From an uncultured Acidobacteriota bacterium (GTDB lineage: Bacteria > Acidobacteriota > Thermoanaerobaculia > Multivoradales > JAHEKO01): DNA of 64,000 nucleotides. Of this stretch, positions 52,579 to 61,551 are shown one piece after another; the first letter of the stretch is position 1, and the number at the start of each line of letters is the position of its first letter. The translations under genes were made by a program, and so were the position numbers. The stretch is taken from assembly GCA_963713825.1 (NCBI GenBank), contig CAVQNG010000003.1:960001-1024000 (forward strand), read 5' to 3'. The notes under the pieces were generated by a model. It did not search any database, was not told the DNA's origin, and worked only from the letters and a program-made list of their open reading frames with translations.

Positions 52579-54705
52579 CTATTCGGGGAGTCCGGACATC
52601 GACTCGAACACCTCGACCAGGTTGCCGTCGGCGTCGAAGGTGAAGATACTCTGAGCCGCGAGGTCACCGACCCAGACCCTACCGTCGGCTGCCCGGGCCA
52701 CGGAGAGCGGTTGCTGGAATTCAGGAATCGCAGCGAACAGCTCCGGCGGCGAGCAGCCGTCGGCATTTCGAGGGCAATTGACTTCGAGGACTCTCTTGCC
52801 GGTGGTGTCGATCAGCAAGAGGGAGGAATCGGCCTCAGAGAACTCCAGTTCGGAAACAGATCCGAGGTCGCTGGCCAGCAGCAGCGGAATCGGAGAATCC
52901 GAGCTCAGATCCACCAAGTGCAGAGTGCCAGCCTCTTGATCAGTGGCCAGGATACGGTTGCCGGCCCTGTCGAACACCATCTGGTCGAAGCCGATCGTGT
53001 CGTCGAAGCTGCTGAGCAGCTCGGGCTGGGGCTTCTTGGCAGTCATATCTGCAACGTAGAGCTCGCCCGGCCTGGCGAGGTAGACCAGGTGTTTGCCCGT
53101 ATCTACAGTCGCGGCAGTGAAGAGTAGATCGGAGTGGATTTCGGCCCACTCCAGGCTCTCCGATCCCACGAGACCGAAGTCGAAGGCGACCACATCGGTC
53201 TCGATCTTCGTCTTCTTTCCGTCCTGGACCGCTGCACTGGCAACGACGATTGCGCGCTCGCCTTCATAGAACACACCAATGACCGTTTCGGGCTGAATGA
53301 CCGCTGGGAGGCATGCGAGAGCGAACGGTCTGCTGTTGTCCTCACTCAGCAAGAAGAATCGTCGTGACCCCTCGAGAAAAGCCAGATCACCATTAGGCAG
53401 AGCGAACAGATCGATGGGTCTGACGCCGTCCTCTCGGACGATGAGGGTCCGCTCGGTCTTGTCCGAAGCGCCACTCAAGACCATTAGCGCTCGGATCATC
53501 TGGACCGTGTTGTAGGTGAAGATCTCGGAATGATCGCGGATCAACTCCGGCGGCGCCGGCATGATCCAGTAAGGGGTGTCGTTGTAGCTGAGCGGCAACT
53601 GCTGGATCGTGAACAGGTTCTCCTGGCCAGGGAACGTGTATCGATTTTCGCCCGTCTTCGGATCGACGGACAGCTCCAAGACCATCTGCGAGTCGTCCAC
53701 GGATCCCGCTTCGATCGAACCCGTGGTAGTGATGACATGGCTGAACAGCACCGGGTTGTGGCCCGCGGTCTTGGTGTAGAACTGCTTCTGCTCCGGTGCG
53801 GGACTGCAGTCGGTCAACTCATACTCGCGGAATTTCTTCGACCACCCTTTCATGCTCAGGGCCAGCGGATAGAGATGCCCGGTAGCCGTGTCTCCGGTCG
53901 ATGTCACCGAAACGATCAGCGGCGCTTCTCGTCGATTGCCTTCCGAGTCCTCGCGATAGAACTTCAAGCGATTGCGCTTCAGCATTGACACCATGCTCTT
54001 GGCCTGCATTGACTGCGAGGCGGGGTTGACCAGGATGACCATGTCGGCGGAGGGCTTCATCTCGGACCCCGAATTGAGGGTGTAGCCGACAACGGCCTGG
54101 CTGAGTGCGCTCTCGACAATCATGCCGCCGAAAGAGTGCCCGATCACGATCCCAACGGATTGAGGATTCTTCTTGGCGGTGTTCATCACCCGCAGAATCG
54201 CCTCTGTGGTCGACACACTGGCCACGCGCTGACCGGCCCCGCGCCGGGAGTAAAACGTCAACGGTTGAAGAAGCCCGACGTCGGTCGAGCGCCCCCGCCA
54301 ACTGAGATAGACGCCGATCAGGGCGACTTCGTCGGGGCCGTCGCCCCCTCGCTGTAGCAGCTGGCGGGTGGTGTTCAGCAGGCGCTGGAAGCCCTCGACG
54401 TTGTTGTCATCCTTGCGGTCCTCGCGCTGGGAAGCATCGTTTTGCCAGCCGTGTACGAACAACAGGACCACGGCGCTCTTGCCGCTGCTGTTGACCTCAT
54501 CGATCACCTGAATCGTGTGCTCGAGCTGGGCCGGCGCCCAGGGCTCGCCTTGATCGTCGAACTCGATGAAGGTGAGCGTGTAGTCGTCTTTCTCCTCGAC
54601 GCTCTTCGGCCGGTACATCTTGGCCGACACGCACCCGGTCAGGGCGACGACAAGAGCGAGCAGAAGGATGCGACTGGCCGCTGCTGGTATACCCGTTGAT
54701 CTCAT
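52579..54705 (-). CDS. Lipoprotein: alpha/beta hydrolase domain plus beta-propeller C-terminus
   Basis: LTGC lipobox, IEFDDQG, FVHGW, GHSFGG; propeller-like repeats (DGRVWVGD). Confidence 0.8.
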   Translation of the reverse strand: MRSTGIPAAASRILLLALVVALTGCVSAKMYRPKSVEEKDDYTLTFIEFDDQGEPWAPAQLEHTIQVIDEVNSSGKSAVVLLFVHGWQNDASQREDRKDDNNVEGFQRLLNTTRQLLQRGGDGPDEVALIGVYLSWRGRSTDVGLLQPLTFYSRRGAGQRVASVSTTEAILRVMNTAKKNPQSVGIVIGHSFGGMIVESALSQAVVGYTLNSGSEMKPSADMVILVNPASQSMQAKSMVSMLKRNRLKFYREDSEGNRREAPLIVSVTSTGDTATGHLYPLALSMKGWSKKFREYELTDCSPAPEQKQFYTKTAGHNPVLFSHVITTTGSIEAGSVDDSQMVLELSVDPKTGENRYTFPGQENLFTIQQLPLSYNDTPYWIMPAPPELIRDHSEIFTYNTVQMIRALMVLSGASDKTERTLIVREDGVRPIDLFALPNGDLAFLEGSRRFFLLSEDNSRPFALACLPAVIQPETVIGVFYEGERAIVVASAAVQDGKKTKIETDVVAFDFGLVGSESLEWAEIHSDLLFTAATVDTGKHLVYLARPGELYVADMTAKKPQPELLSSFDDTIGFDQMVFDRAGNRILATDQEAGTLHLVDLSSDSPIPLLLASDLGSVSELEFSEADSSLLLIDTTGKRVLEVNCPRNADGCSPPELFAAIPEFQQPLSVARAADGRVWVGDLAAQSIFTFDADGNLVEVFESMSGLPE

Positions 54706-54720
54706 CGCTCCTCTGTTCTC

Positions 54721-55224
54721 CTAGTTCATGAAATCTACCGCAGTAGCGGCAAACGATGCCGGAAAAGCGACGATAATCGTCCTCGTCGGCGTGAGGCCCA
54801 GATCGTCGAGAGGCGCCTTGTCCCACAGGAACAGCAGCGAGAGTGCGACCAGGAAGGTCACGAGGTAGGTCGACAAACAGCGCTTGAAGAAATGGCTCGG
54901 GAACTCCCTGATCCGCTGGCCATAGAACAGGGACCAGATGAACCCGGCCAGGATGATCAGAGAAACAGCGAAAATCGCGAGTGCCCGAAGGGGAGAGAAA
55001 TCCGCCGCCAGATTCCACACTTCCTCCGTCAGCGAGACGGGCAATGCCATCACAGCTGCGCCTGCGACGAGTTGCAGGAGGTCCTGCACGTGGAACTCGA
55101 CCTTGAGTGGGCCCGTGATCGTGGAAACTACGTTTCCGTCGTCGTCAAGCACATGGTGGATGAAGTGCAATCGGCCGTTGATTCGTTGCAGCTTCGGAGT
55201 GGCTGGCTTCTCGGTCTGACTCAT
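54721..55224 (-). CDS. DUF2391 family membrane protein
   Basis: LPVSLTEEVWNL, VAFPASFAATAVD; ATGA overlap with the upstream gene. Confidence 0.8.
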   Translation of the reverse strand: MSQTEKPATPKLQRINGRLHFIHHVLDDDGNVVSTITGPLKVEFHVQDLLQLVAGAAVMALPVSLTEEVWNLAADFSPLRALAIFAVSLIILAGFIWSLFYGQRIREFPSHFFKRCLSTYLVTFLVALSLLFLWDKAPLDDLGLTPTRTIIVAFPASFAATAVDFMN

Positions 55225-55682
55225 GAGTTCTTTCCGTGGCCGATCTTCCAGCCGCGTTGGATCACGGCGAACAGCAAGGCGGTAGTCAGGCCGATGACTG
55301 TGATTCCGGCCATGCCTTCCATCGGACCCAGGAGCTGCCACTCTGGGCTGAGCGTCACGTCACCGTAGCCGAGCGTCGTGAAGGAGACCAGCGAGAAGTA
55401 GACTGCGTCGCCCGGGCTCGACAGCCCGGCCTGGGATGGCAGCACCCTATAGAGGAGTGCCCAGAGCCAGGCTTCGAAGAAGTGCAGGGTCAACAGCACC
55501 ATGCCGGTCGAGAGGATGTCGATCGTAAGGTGCAGCGTTCGCGCAGAGGACTTCCGGCTGGCATGCCATTTCCCGACGAAGCCGAGCCAGTGAGCCGAGC
55601 CAATGGCATGGACCGCCAGGGTTACCGCGATCATCAGGGTGCCGATCAGTATGACCCTCATGAGCTCAACTCCTATTCGCAT
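55221..55682 (-). CDS. Small potassium channel family protein
   Basis: YFSLVSFTTLGYGD. Confidence 0.85.
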   Translation of the reverse strand: MRIGVELMRVILIGTLMIAVTLAVHAIGSAHWLGFVGKWHASRKSSARTLHLTIDILSTGMVLLTLHFFEAWLWALLYRVLPSQAGLSSPGDAVYFSLVSFTTLGYGDVTLSPEWQLLGPMEGMAGITVIGLTTALLFAVIQRGWKIGHGKNS

Positions 55683-55703
55683 CGGCCCGACACAGGATCG
55701 GAC

Positions 55704-57305
55704 CTACAGTTTTTTCTTGAGCTTCTTCTCAACCTTCATCAGTTTTTCTCTGTCGATCTCGGCGGCCTCATCCGGGTCCGGTTCGGGTTCTTCCGTACCT
55801 CGCGCGACGGCCACCCGGTGGCGAATCGAGGCAGCAAGACACAGGACAGCACTCGCGGCTACCGTGAGCCACAGCCGGCTCGGGGAGGCCATCATTAGCG
55901 CCATGCCCACCAATGGTGCCACCAGCACCGGACCGATGGTGAAGTAGTGCGGAACCGGAGGGCCGGAGCGCGCAGCGAACGCGAACAGGAGTGCCAGACT
56001 GAGGGCAGCCAGCAAGAAGGGAATGAAATTCAGCCAGCCAGCTCCCCGATCGAGTATCAACAGCGGTGCAGCGAAGTGGGAGCAGGTCCCCATGGCAACC
56101 AGGGCGAAGATCGTACCCACCGCTCTGGCGCCTCTGGAGCCTGGCACGATGTCGGTCAGGCGGGCTTGCCCGATCCAGGCCATCGATCCACCGCCGAGGA
56201 TGACGAGCAACCCGAGTGCCCCTGGCCACCACAACCCAGCCACTGCCAGGGCGCTGGCATCCGGGATGAACTTCCTCAGGATGATGATCACGGCAATGGC
56301 GAAGATCCTGCCGAACAGGAAGAGTGCGGCGCCGATAACCAGCCTGGAGAAGATCTTGAACGGCTGACCGCGTCGCCATTTCACGGATGCGGCCCAGGCC
56401 AGCGCCAAGACAAAAAGCGCCAGTTGGACCATGAGGATGGTTCGATACTGGTCTCTTCGGTCCCGTGCCGAACCGACAACAGTGAAGCTCTCGATGCGGA
56501 CCATCAAGGGGGCGTCGACAGGGCTTCCCTGGATTACCGCTCCTGGTTGGAAGTAGTCTCCATGAATCGTCTGGACATGGGCGTCCTCGAGCTCCACCGA
56601 TTGACCGATGGTCAGTACCAGGAGGCTGACAGCGTCTAGTGCGGTCGCGATGCGATCGATGAGCTGAGGCTCGAACTCGCCGCGATCGAACGCCGCCAGA
56701 TCCTCGGGACCGAGGGTTGTGACCAGTGTCTTGCGATTGTAGGGTGTCGACCGTCCATCTCGCAGCAACTCCTCGGAGGCGACATTCTCGAGATGCCGAT
56801 TCGGTGGAGAGCTCCTGAAGACGACATAGGGGTGACGGTACTCGTCAAGCAGATCGGCGACTTTGCGCGTGGCTGCCATCACGGCCGCCTCGTCCGGTGC
56901 GTGAAAGACCTGCTCGGTGAACACGAACCCTTCGTCAGCGAGGAGCCAAGGCACGGTCAGGCGCGCTAGTGGAAACACCCCGAAGAATCGGTCCTCATAG
57001 AGCTCGAAAAGGTCCTCGAGATCCTCTCGCACCGCCGCGAGCTCCAGGGTCAGCTCGGCTTCGTCTGATGTCGAGAGGTCGGCCTTGGCTAGTCGATTCT
57101 CTGCCTCACCGAGCAGAATTTCTGCCTCTTCGAAGGAACGGCTCGCACCCATTTCGGCTACACCCAACCGCATCAAGGCGTCAGCTCGAGCGGCCAGGTC
57201 GCGCACTTCTGACGCCTCGGAGGCAAGGACGGGCGCGACGAAGAGCGGGGAACTACACAAGGAAATACAGACGATGCGACAGAACCTGTCGATTCTCATG
57301 ACCAC
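55704..57305 (-). CDS. Hypothetical membrane protein (periplasmic N-domain, ~7 C-terminal TM)
   Basis: Signal peptide, soluble domain and hydrophobic C-terminal half. Confidence 0.75.
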   Translation of the reverse strand: MVMRIDRFCRIVCISLCSSPLFVAPVLASEASEVRDLAARADALMRLGVAEMGASRSFEEAEILLGEAENRLAKADLSTSDEAELTLELAAVREDLEDLFELYEDRFFGVFPLARLTVPWLLADEGFVFTEQVFHAPDEAAVMAATRKVADLLDEYRHPYVVFRSSPPNRHLENVASEELLRDGRSTPYNRKTLVTTLGPEDLAAFDRGEFEPQLIDRIATALDAVSLLVLTIGQSVELEDAHVQTIHGDYFQPGAVIQGSPVDAPLMVRIESFTVVGSARDRRDQYRTILMVQLALFVLALAWAASVKWRRGQPFKIFSRLVIGAALFLFGRIFAIAVIIILRKFIPDASALAVAGLWWPGALGLLVILGGGSMAWIGQARLTDIVPGSRGARAVGTIFALVAMGTCSHFAAPLLILDRGAGWLNFIPFLLAALSLALLFAFAARSGPPVPHYFTIGPVLVAPLVGMALMMASPSRLWLTVAASAVLCLAASIRHRVAVARGTEEPEPDPDEAAEIDREKLMKVEKKLKKKL

Positions 57306-57432
57306 CCTCCCTGCCAGCTAGAAAGCCAGCCGCATGCTCAGCACACTACCGACCCAGAGCGTGCTCTTCAAGTCGGTTGGTCATGTCCGGTAGAGTAATG
57401 CGATTGGTTCGATCCGCCTATTGGGAGAAGAG

Positions 57433-58238
57433 ATGGCATCTAGACCTTTGAATCCATCTGTCGTTACCGCGAGCTTCATGAGTATCCTGGCGAATCGATC
57501 AGCTGTGGCGCTCGGAGTTGCAAGCGGCGTGATCACTCTCCTCGCTGGCCCCTCGGCGGGCGGCTTGGCTGCGCAGGACAAAACCACGGAGCATGTCGAG
57601 ACAATCGTGGGAGATAGTGACACGGCCGAACTGGCCAAGGCTTCGCAGAACCCTGTTGGGAGTTTGATCTCTTTGCCACTGCAGAACAACACCAACTGCG
57701 GATATGGACCCGGGGACGATGTTCAGAACATCCTCAACATCCAGCCAGTCATTCCGGTAAGCCTGAGCAAGAAGTGGAATCTGATCAATCGGACCATTAT
57801 TCCCGTGATGTATCAGCCCGAAGTTGTCACGGGTAGTGGGAGCACGACCGGAATTGGGGATACCAGCTACACCGGCTTCATCTCACCGCGAGAGCCCGGT
57901 ACGCTGATCTGGGGTGCGGGGCCCGTGATCTCGATTCCCACCCGGACCGATGACGCCCTGGGTAGCGGCGAGTGGGCTGCTGGGCCAAGTGTGGTGCTCT
58001 TGGCCATGCCCGGGTCGTGGGTCACTGGCATCCTGATGTCGAACCTCTGGTCCTTCGATAGCGATTCCACCGTGAACTTCTTTTTGAGTCAGGTTTTCGC
58101 CAACTACAACATGGACAAGGGCTGGTTCCTGACTTCGCAACCCATCATTACGGCCAATTGAGAGGCGGCGAGTGGGGAGCAGTGGACGGTGCCGATTGGC
58201 AGCTACGGGTCCAGTTCACATTCCTGTTTCCGAAGTAG
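57433..58238 (+). pseudogene. 'Neuromedin U'-annotated outer-membrane beta-barrel family gene, disrupted
   Basis: LAKASQNPV, NIQPVIP, LINRTI; TGA in place of Trp at 58159; VPIG abuts the out-of-frame C-terminus DWQLRVQFTFLFPK*. Confidence 0.8.
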
Positions 58239-58531
58239 GGTGCTGGCCCACCAGGGGATCCTAGCCAGCGAACAGTTGTACGACGTCAACCCCGTCTGTG
58301 CCTTGCGGTGTTCGGCCTCGAGTTTCAAGAACTCCCACACCCGCCCCGTCGCTGACCAACGAAGATCTGTAGGCACGACGCGAGGGCTTCCTGGCCTCAG
58401 CCGTCGACAACAACTTCAAGGCCCACGAGCTTGGGCAAGTGCAATACGAAATCGGCAAGATCGATCTGCTGAGCCTCCTGCAGATGCAACCCCGCTGAAT
58501 AGGTTCCGCCAAGGCACCGTTAGTTGTGTCC

Positions 58532-58588
58532 ACCTAATAAGTAGGTTAATATACCTAGAAATTAGGTTTCGTCACCTAATAAACGGGT
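58532..58588. promoter_or_regulatory. Three phased palindromic boxes ACCTA-N5-TAGGT (21-bp period)
   Basis: Boxes start at 58532, 58553 and 58574 in an AT-rich stretch upstream of the wHTH gene. Confidence 0.8.
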
Positions 58589-58622
58589 AAATAAGACAGC
58601 TCTGTTGACGGTTTGTAGAGTC

Positions 58623-58982
58623 ATGGACACCGTGAAAGAAGCGACGATCTCGGAGGCGCCTCTCTTTGGGCTGTTCGGAAGCAAAGCCGCCTATCAGGTT
58701 CTGATGTATCTCGAGAACTACGGTCAGGGCTACGCGGCCGAGATCGCCAGAACATTCGGCATGTCGCTAAGCCAGGTTCAGAACCAGCTTCGCAAGTTCG
58801 AGGAGCTCGGTCTGTTTGTCAGTCGGAAAGAGGGTACAGCCCGCGTCTATTATTTCAATCGTAATCCGATCGCCGACACGCTCCGTGAGTTCCTTCGCTC
58901 GGTACTCGATCGTCTGCCGGATGCGACGATTCAGAAGTTCTATCGAGAGCGCAAGAGGCCTAGACGGTACGACAAGAGGTAG
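58623..58982 (+). CDS. Winged-helix DNA-binding protein (putative antitoxin/regulator)
   Basis: LFGSKAAYQVL, YAAEIARTFGMSLSQVQNQLRKFE..G, RVYYFN. Confidence 0.85.
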   Translation: MDTVKEATISEAPLFGLFGSKAAYQVLMYLENYGQGYAAEIARTFGMSLSQVQNQLRKFEELGLFVSRKEGTARVYYFNRNPIADTLREFLRSVLDRLPDATIQKFYRERKRPRRYDKR

Positions 58983-59012
58983 AGGGGTCGGAGAGGGCGA
59001 GCAGGCAGCTTC

Positions 59013-59630
59013 GTGACGAGTCGAACGAGTATCACTGAAGAGACCACGATGATCGAGCTGGCCGCTCGGGTCTCCGAGGAGTTGGAAGCGGCAGGCATTC
59101 TCGCAACGCTTTCGGGGGGCAGCGCTGTGTCTGTCTATACCGAGAATCGATACCAGTCCGAGGACCTGGACTTCGTCACGTCAGCCTTGCTGGACGAGCT
59201 CAAACCGGTTCTCGAGGCCCTGGGGTTCGTCCACACAGGGAGTCCGCGCCTGTCCGTATTCGAGCACCCAGCCACGAGGTGGTACTTGGAGTTCCCACCT
59301 GCACCGTTAAGCTTTGGTGGCACCTACGTCGACTCATCGAAGTGTGCAGTGCTTTCGACACCGGCGGGAAACGTGCGCATCATCACCCCAACGCTCTCGG
59401 TTATGGACCGGCTTATCGCAGCTGCCTCGTGGCAAGACGCTCAATCTCTCGAACAGGCGGTGCTCGTGGCGACCCATCAGTCCGAAAACATCGACTGGGA
59501 CCAGATCGACACCTGGGTGGTCGCTGAAGGAGTCACCAACGCGCGGGAGGTGATCGAGTTCTACAGAGCCGTTTTGCGATCTCCGTCGACAGGCCAAGGG
59601 ACAAGAGACGGCCAGCGCTTGGGAGAATGA
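59013..59630 (+). CDS. Pol-beta superfamily nucleotidyltransferase (putative toxin)
   Basis: LSGGSAVSVY..YQSEDLDFV motif; C-terminal DRL..W.D helical region. Confidence 0.75.
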   Translation: MTSRTSITEETTMIELAARVSEELEAAGILATLSGGSAVSVYTENRYQSEDLDFVTSALLDELKPVLEALGFVHTGSPRLSVFEHPATRWYLEFPPAPLSFGGTYVDSSKCAVLSTPAGNVRIITPTLSVMDRLIAAASWQDAQSLEQAVLVATHQSENIDWDQIDTWVVAEGVTNAREVIEFYRAVLRSPSTGQGTRDGQRLGE

Positions 59631-59642
59631 GCGATTCCCGCT

Positions 59643-60260
59643 ATGACCACACAAGTGTTCGAGGTGTTCTCCGACTACATATGACCGTGGTGCTATCTCA
59701 GTACCGTGCGTATTGAACGGATCCGGGAGACCTTCGACGTCGACCTGAAGATCACCCAGTTTCCCCTCCATCCGGACACACCTCCCGAAGGGATGACCCT
59801 GGAGCAGCTGTTCAGAGGTCGGTCGTTCGACCTCGAGGCAGCACAGGAACGGCTCGTGACCTTGATGGCGGGACAGGGACTGCCCTATGGCAGGCGTACC
59901 CATACCTATAACAGTCGGCTGGCGCAGGAGCTGGCCAAATGGGCCGAGCTCCAGCCGGGCGGTGAAGCCATTCACGATACTCTGTTCAGGGCCTACTTTG
60001 TCGACGGGATCAATTTGGCCCGGGTCGACAAGCTGGTGCAGATCGCGGGTTCGGTCGGTCTGTCGGAAGAGGAGGCTGGCGAAGCGCTTGAGAGCCACTC
60101 CTTTGCAGCCAGCGTCGACGACGATTGGCGCCGAGCCTCCGAGTTGGGCATCACCGGTGTGCCGACCTTTGTGATCAACGGTCGTGGAGTGGTCGGTGCC
60201 CAGCCGTACGACACCCTGGAGCAGCTGGTAACGCAGAATGGTGCCGAAAGACGCCCGTAG
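59643..60260 (+). CDS. DsbA/FrnE-like thioredoxin-fold selenoprotein (Sec at codon 14)
   Basis: ATG 59643 is in frame with ORF 59706; it reads EVFSDYI-TGA-PWCY, then FPLHP, NSRLA and GITGVPTF..GAQP. Confidence 0.88.
59696..59730 (+). promoter_or_regulatory. Putative bacterial SECIS hairpin
   Basis: TCTC..CCGT-GC-GTATT-GA-ACGG..GAGA; the GT-starting apical loop is ~25 nt after the UGA. Folded by eye. Confidence 0.6.
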
Positions 60261-60418
60261 AAGGAGGGGCGAGATTCGGCCGGCAGCTGTAGAGGACCGC
60301 AGCCGCGCCCAGTTGAGGAGGCCTGAGTGCAACCACGACTCCAGGCCTCACCTAACAGTGAAAAAGAGTCTGCCCGAGGACTTCAAGCCCAAGACAGCGT
60401 GATAGCCTGATTGCAGTC

Positions 60419-60688
60419 ATGAGCAAGTTGCGAGAAGCGCTTTCCGACACCGACCCGAGCTCCGAGTTGGTTCGCATCAGGATCCTTCGGGAGATGCCTC
60501 CTCGCCGCAAGATCGAGCTGGTAGAAGACGCGAATCGGACCAGTCGTCTTCTGGCACTTGCCGGAATCAGGGCCCGCCATCCGGAGCTTTCGGTCGAACA
60601 GCAGCAACGCAAGTTGATGGATCTGGTTCTGGGTAGAGAGTTAGCCGAACAGGTCTATGGTTCCAACGCAGAACCGGCAGTCCAATGA
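60419..60688 (+). CDS. Small helical protein (putative antitoxin partner)
   Basis: DT.P..E..R.MPPRRK..AGIRARHP; ATGA overlap with the downstream NTase. Confidence 0.8.
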   Translation: MSKLREALSDTDPSSELVRIRILREMPPRRKIELVEDANRTSRLLALAGIRARHPELSVEQQQRKLMDLVLGRELAEQVYGSNAEPAVQ

Positions 60689-61269
60689 CACCCAACGATC
60701 CGGAGGCCCTGCAGGTCGCCTTCCTGGTGTTCGACGTGCTCGACGCACTCGGTCGTCGATACCACCTGGGGGGCTCCTATGCCAGCTCGATTCACGGCAT
60801 ACCGAGGCAAACTCAGGACATCGACATCGTTTGCGACCTGCAACCAGGTGATGCTGAACGTCTGGCAACTAAATTCGCCGAAGACTTCTATTGCGATCGA
60901 GATCGCATTGCACAGGCCATCTCCAAACATGCCTCATTCAATCTCGTGCACCTGAAGACGGGCGTCAAGATCGACCTCTTTCCAAAGGGCAACGATCGCT
61001 ATGACAGCGAGGAGCTCGAGCGTAGCCAGATGCTAGAGCTGGGCGAGCCATCCCGAGCAGTCCCTGTCAAGACGGCCGAGGACACGATCCTGCGAAAGCT
61101 CGAGTGGTATCGACAGGGCGGTGAGGTCTCCGATCGTCAATGGGGGGATGTCCTCGGCATCCTGCGCACCCAGGAGGATCGACTGAATCTCGACTATCTT
61201 CGGTCCCGATCCCAGAATTTGAAGGTCGAGGATTTGCTGGCGAGAGCCCTCGAAGAGATCGAGGGATAG
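60685..61269 (+). CDS. Pol-beta superfamily nucleotidyltransferase (putative toxin)
   Basis: HLGGSYASSIHGIPRQTQDIDIV; TAEDTILRKLEW..SDRQWGDV. Confidence 0.8.
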   Translation: MTPNDPEALQVAFLVFDVLDALGRRYHLGGSYASSIHGIPRQTQDIDIVCDLQPGDAERLATKFAEDFYCDRDRIAQAISKHASFNLVHLKTGVKIDLFPKGNDRYDSEELERSQMLELGEPSRAVPVKTAEDTILRKLEWYRQGGEVSDRQWGDVLGILRTQEDRLNLDYLRSRSQNLKVEDLLARALEEIEG

Positions 61270-61551
61270 GGCTTTCAATTCGGCACTGCCGATCAAGACG
61301 TGCTTCCATTCGGGGCGGCGTTCCTCAGTCCGCATCTCAGCGCCTGGATCTGGCCCCTCTTTTTCATACCTGCAGAGGCGGTGACACGACGAAATCGGCA
61401 ACTTCCCAAGGAAGTGCTTTCACCTTTGGCACACAATGGCCGGTTTCGCAGAAGATCGGCGGGTAACATGGGCGCTGTCGTTCAACACGTGTCCCCACCT
61501 TGGGGTGCACGCCAGGCGCTGCTGACAGCGCCGATTCAAGAGGAGTCGAGA

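Noticed and set aside
58159-58161. In-frame TGA as a second selenocysteine or as UGA=Trp recoding
   Set aside because: It aligns to Trp (ITANW), not Cys. Many genes here end in TGA and use TGG for Trp, and the gene also has a deletion.
58299-58517. Short inverted repeat GTGCCTTG(G)CGG as possible mobile-element ends
   Set aside because: Only ~11 bp in GC-rich DNA, with no target duplication or second copy; could be chance.
58542-58578. DtxR/IdeR iron box
   Set aside because: TAGGT-N6-ACCTA spacing is one base short of the DtxR consensus, and downstream genes are not metal related. Kept instead as a putative wHTH operator.
59334-60332. 332-aa minus-strand ORF over the DsbA-like gene
   Set aside because: No motifs; it overlaps two well-supported plus-strand genes.
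61426-61441. Sigma54 promoter TGGCACACAATGGC before the dksA-like gene
   Set aside because: GG-to-GC spacing is 9 rather than the required 10.
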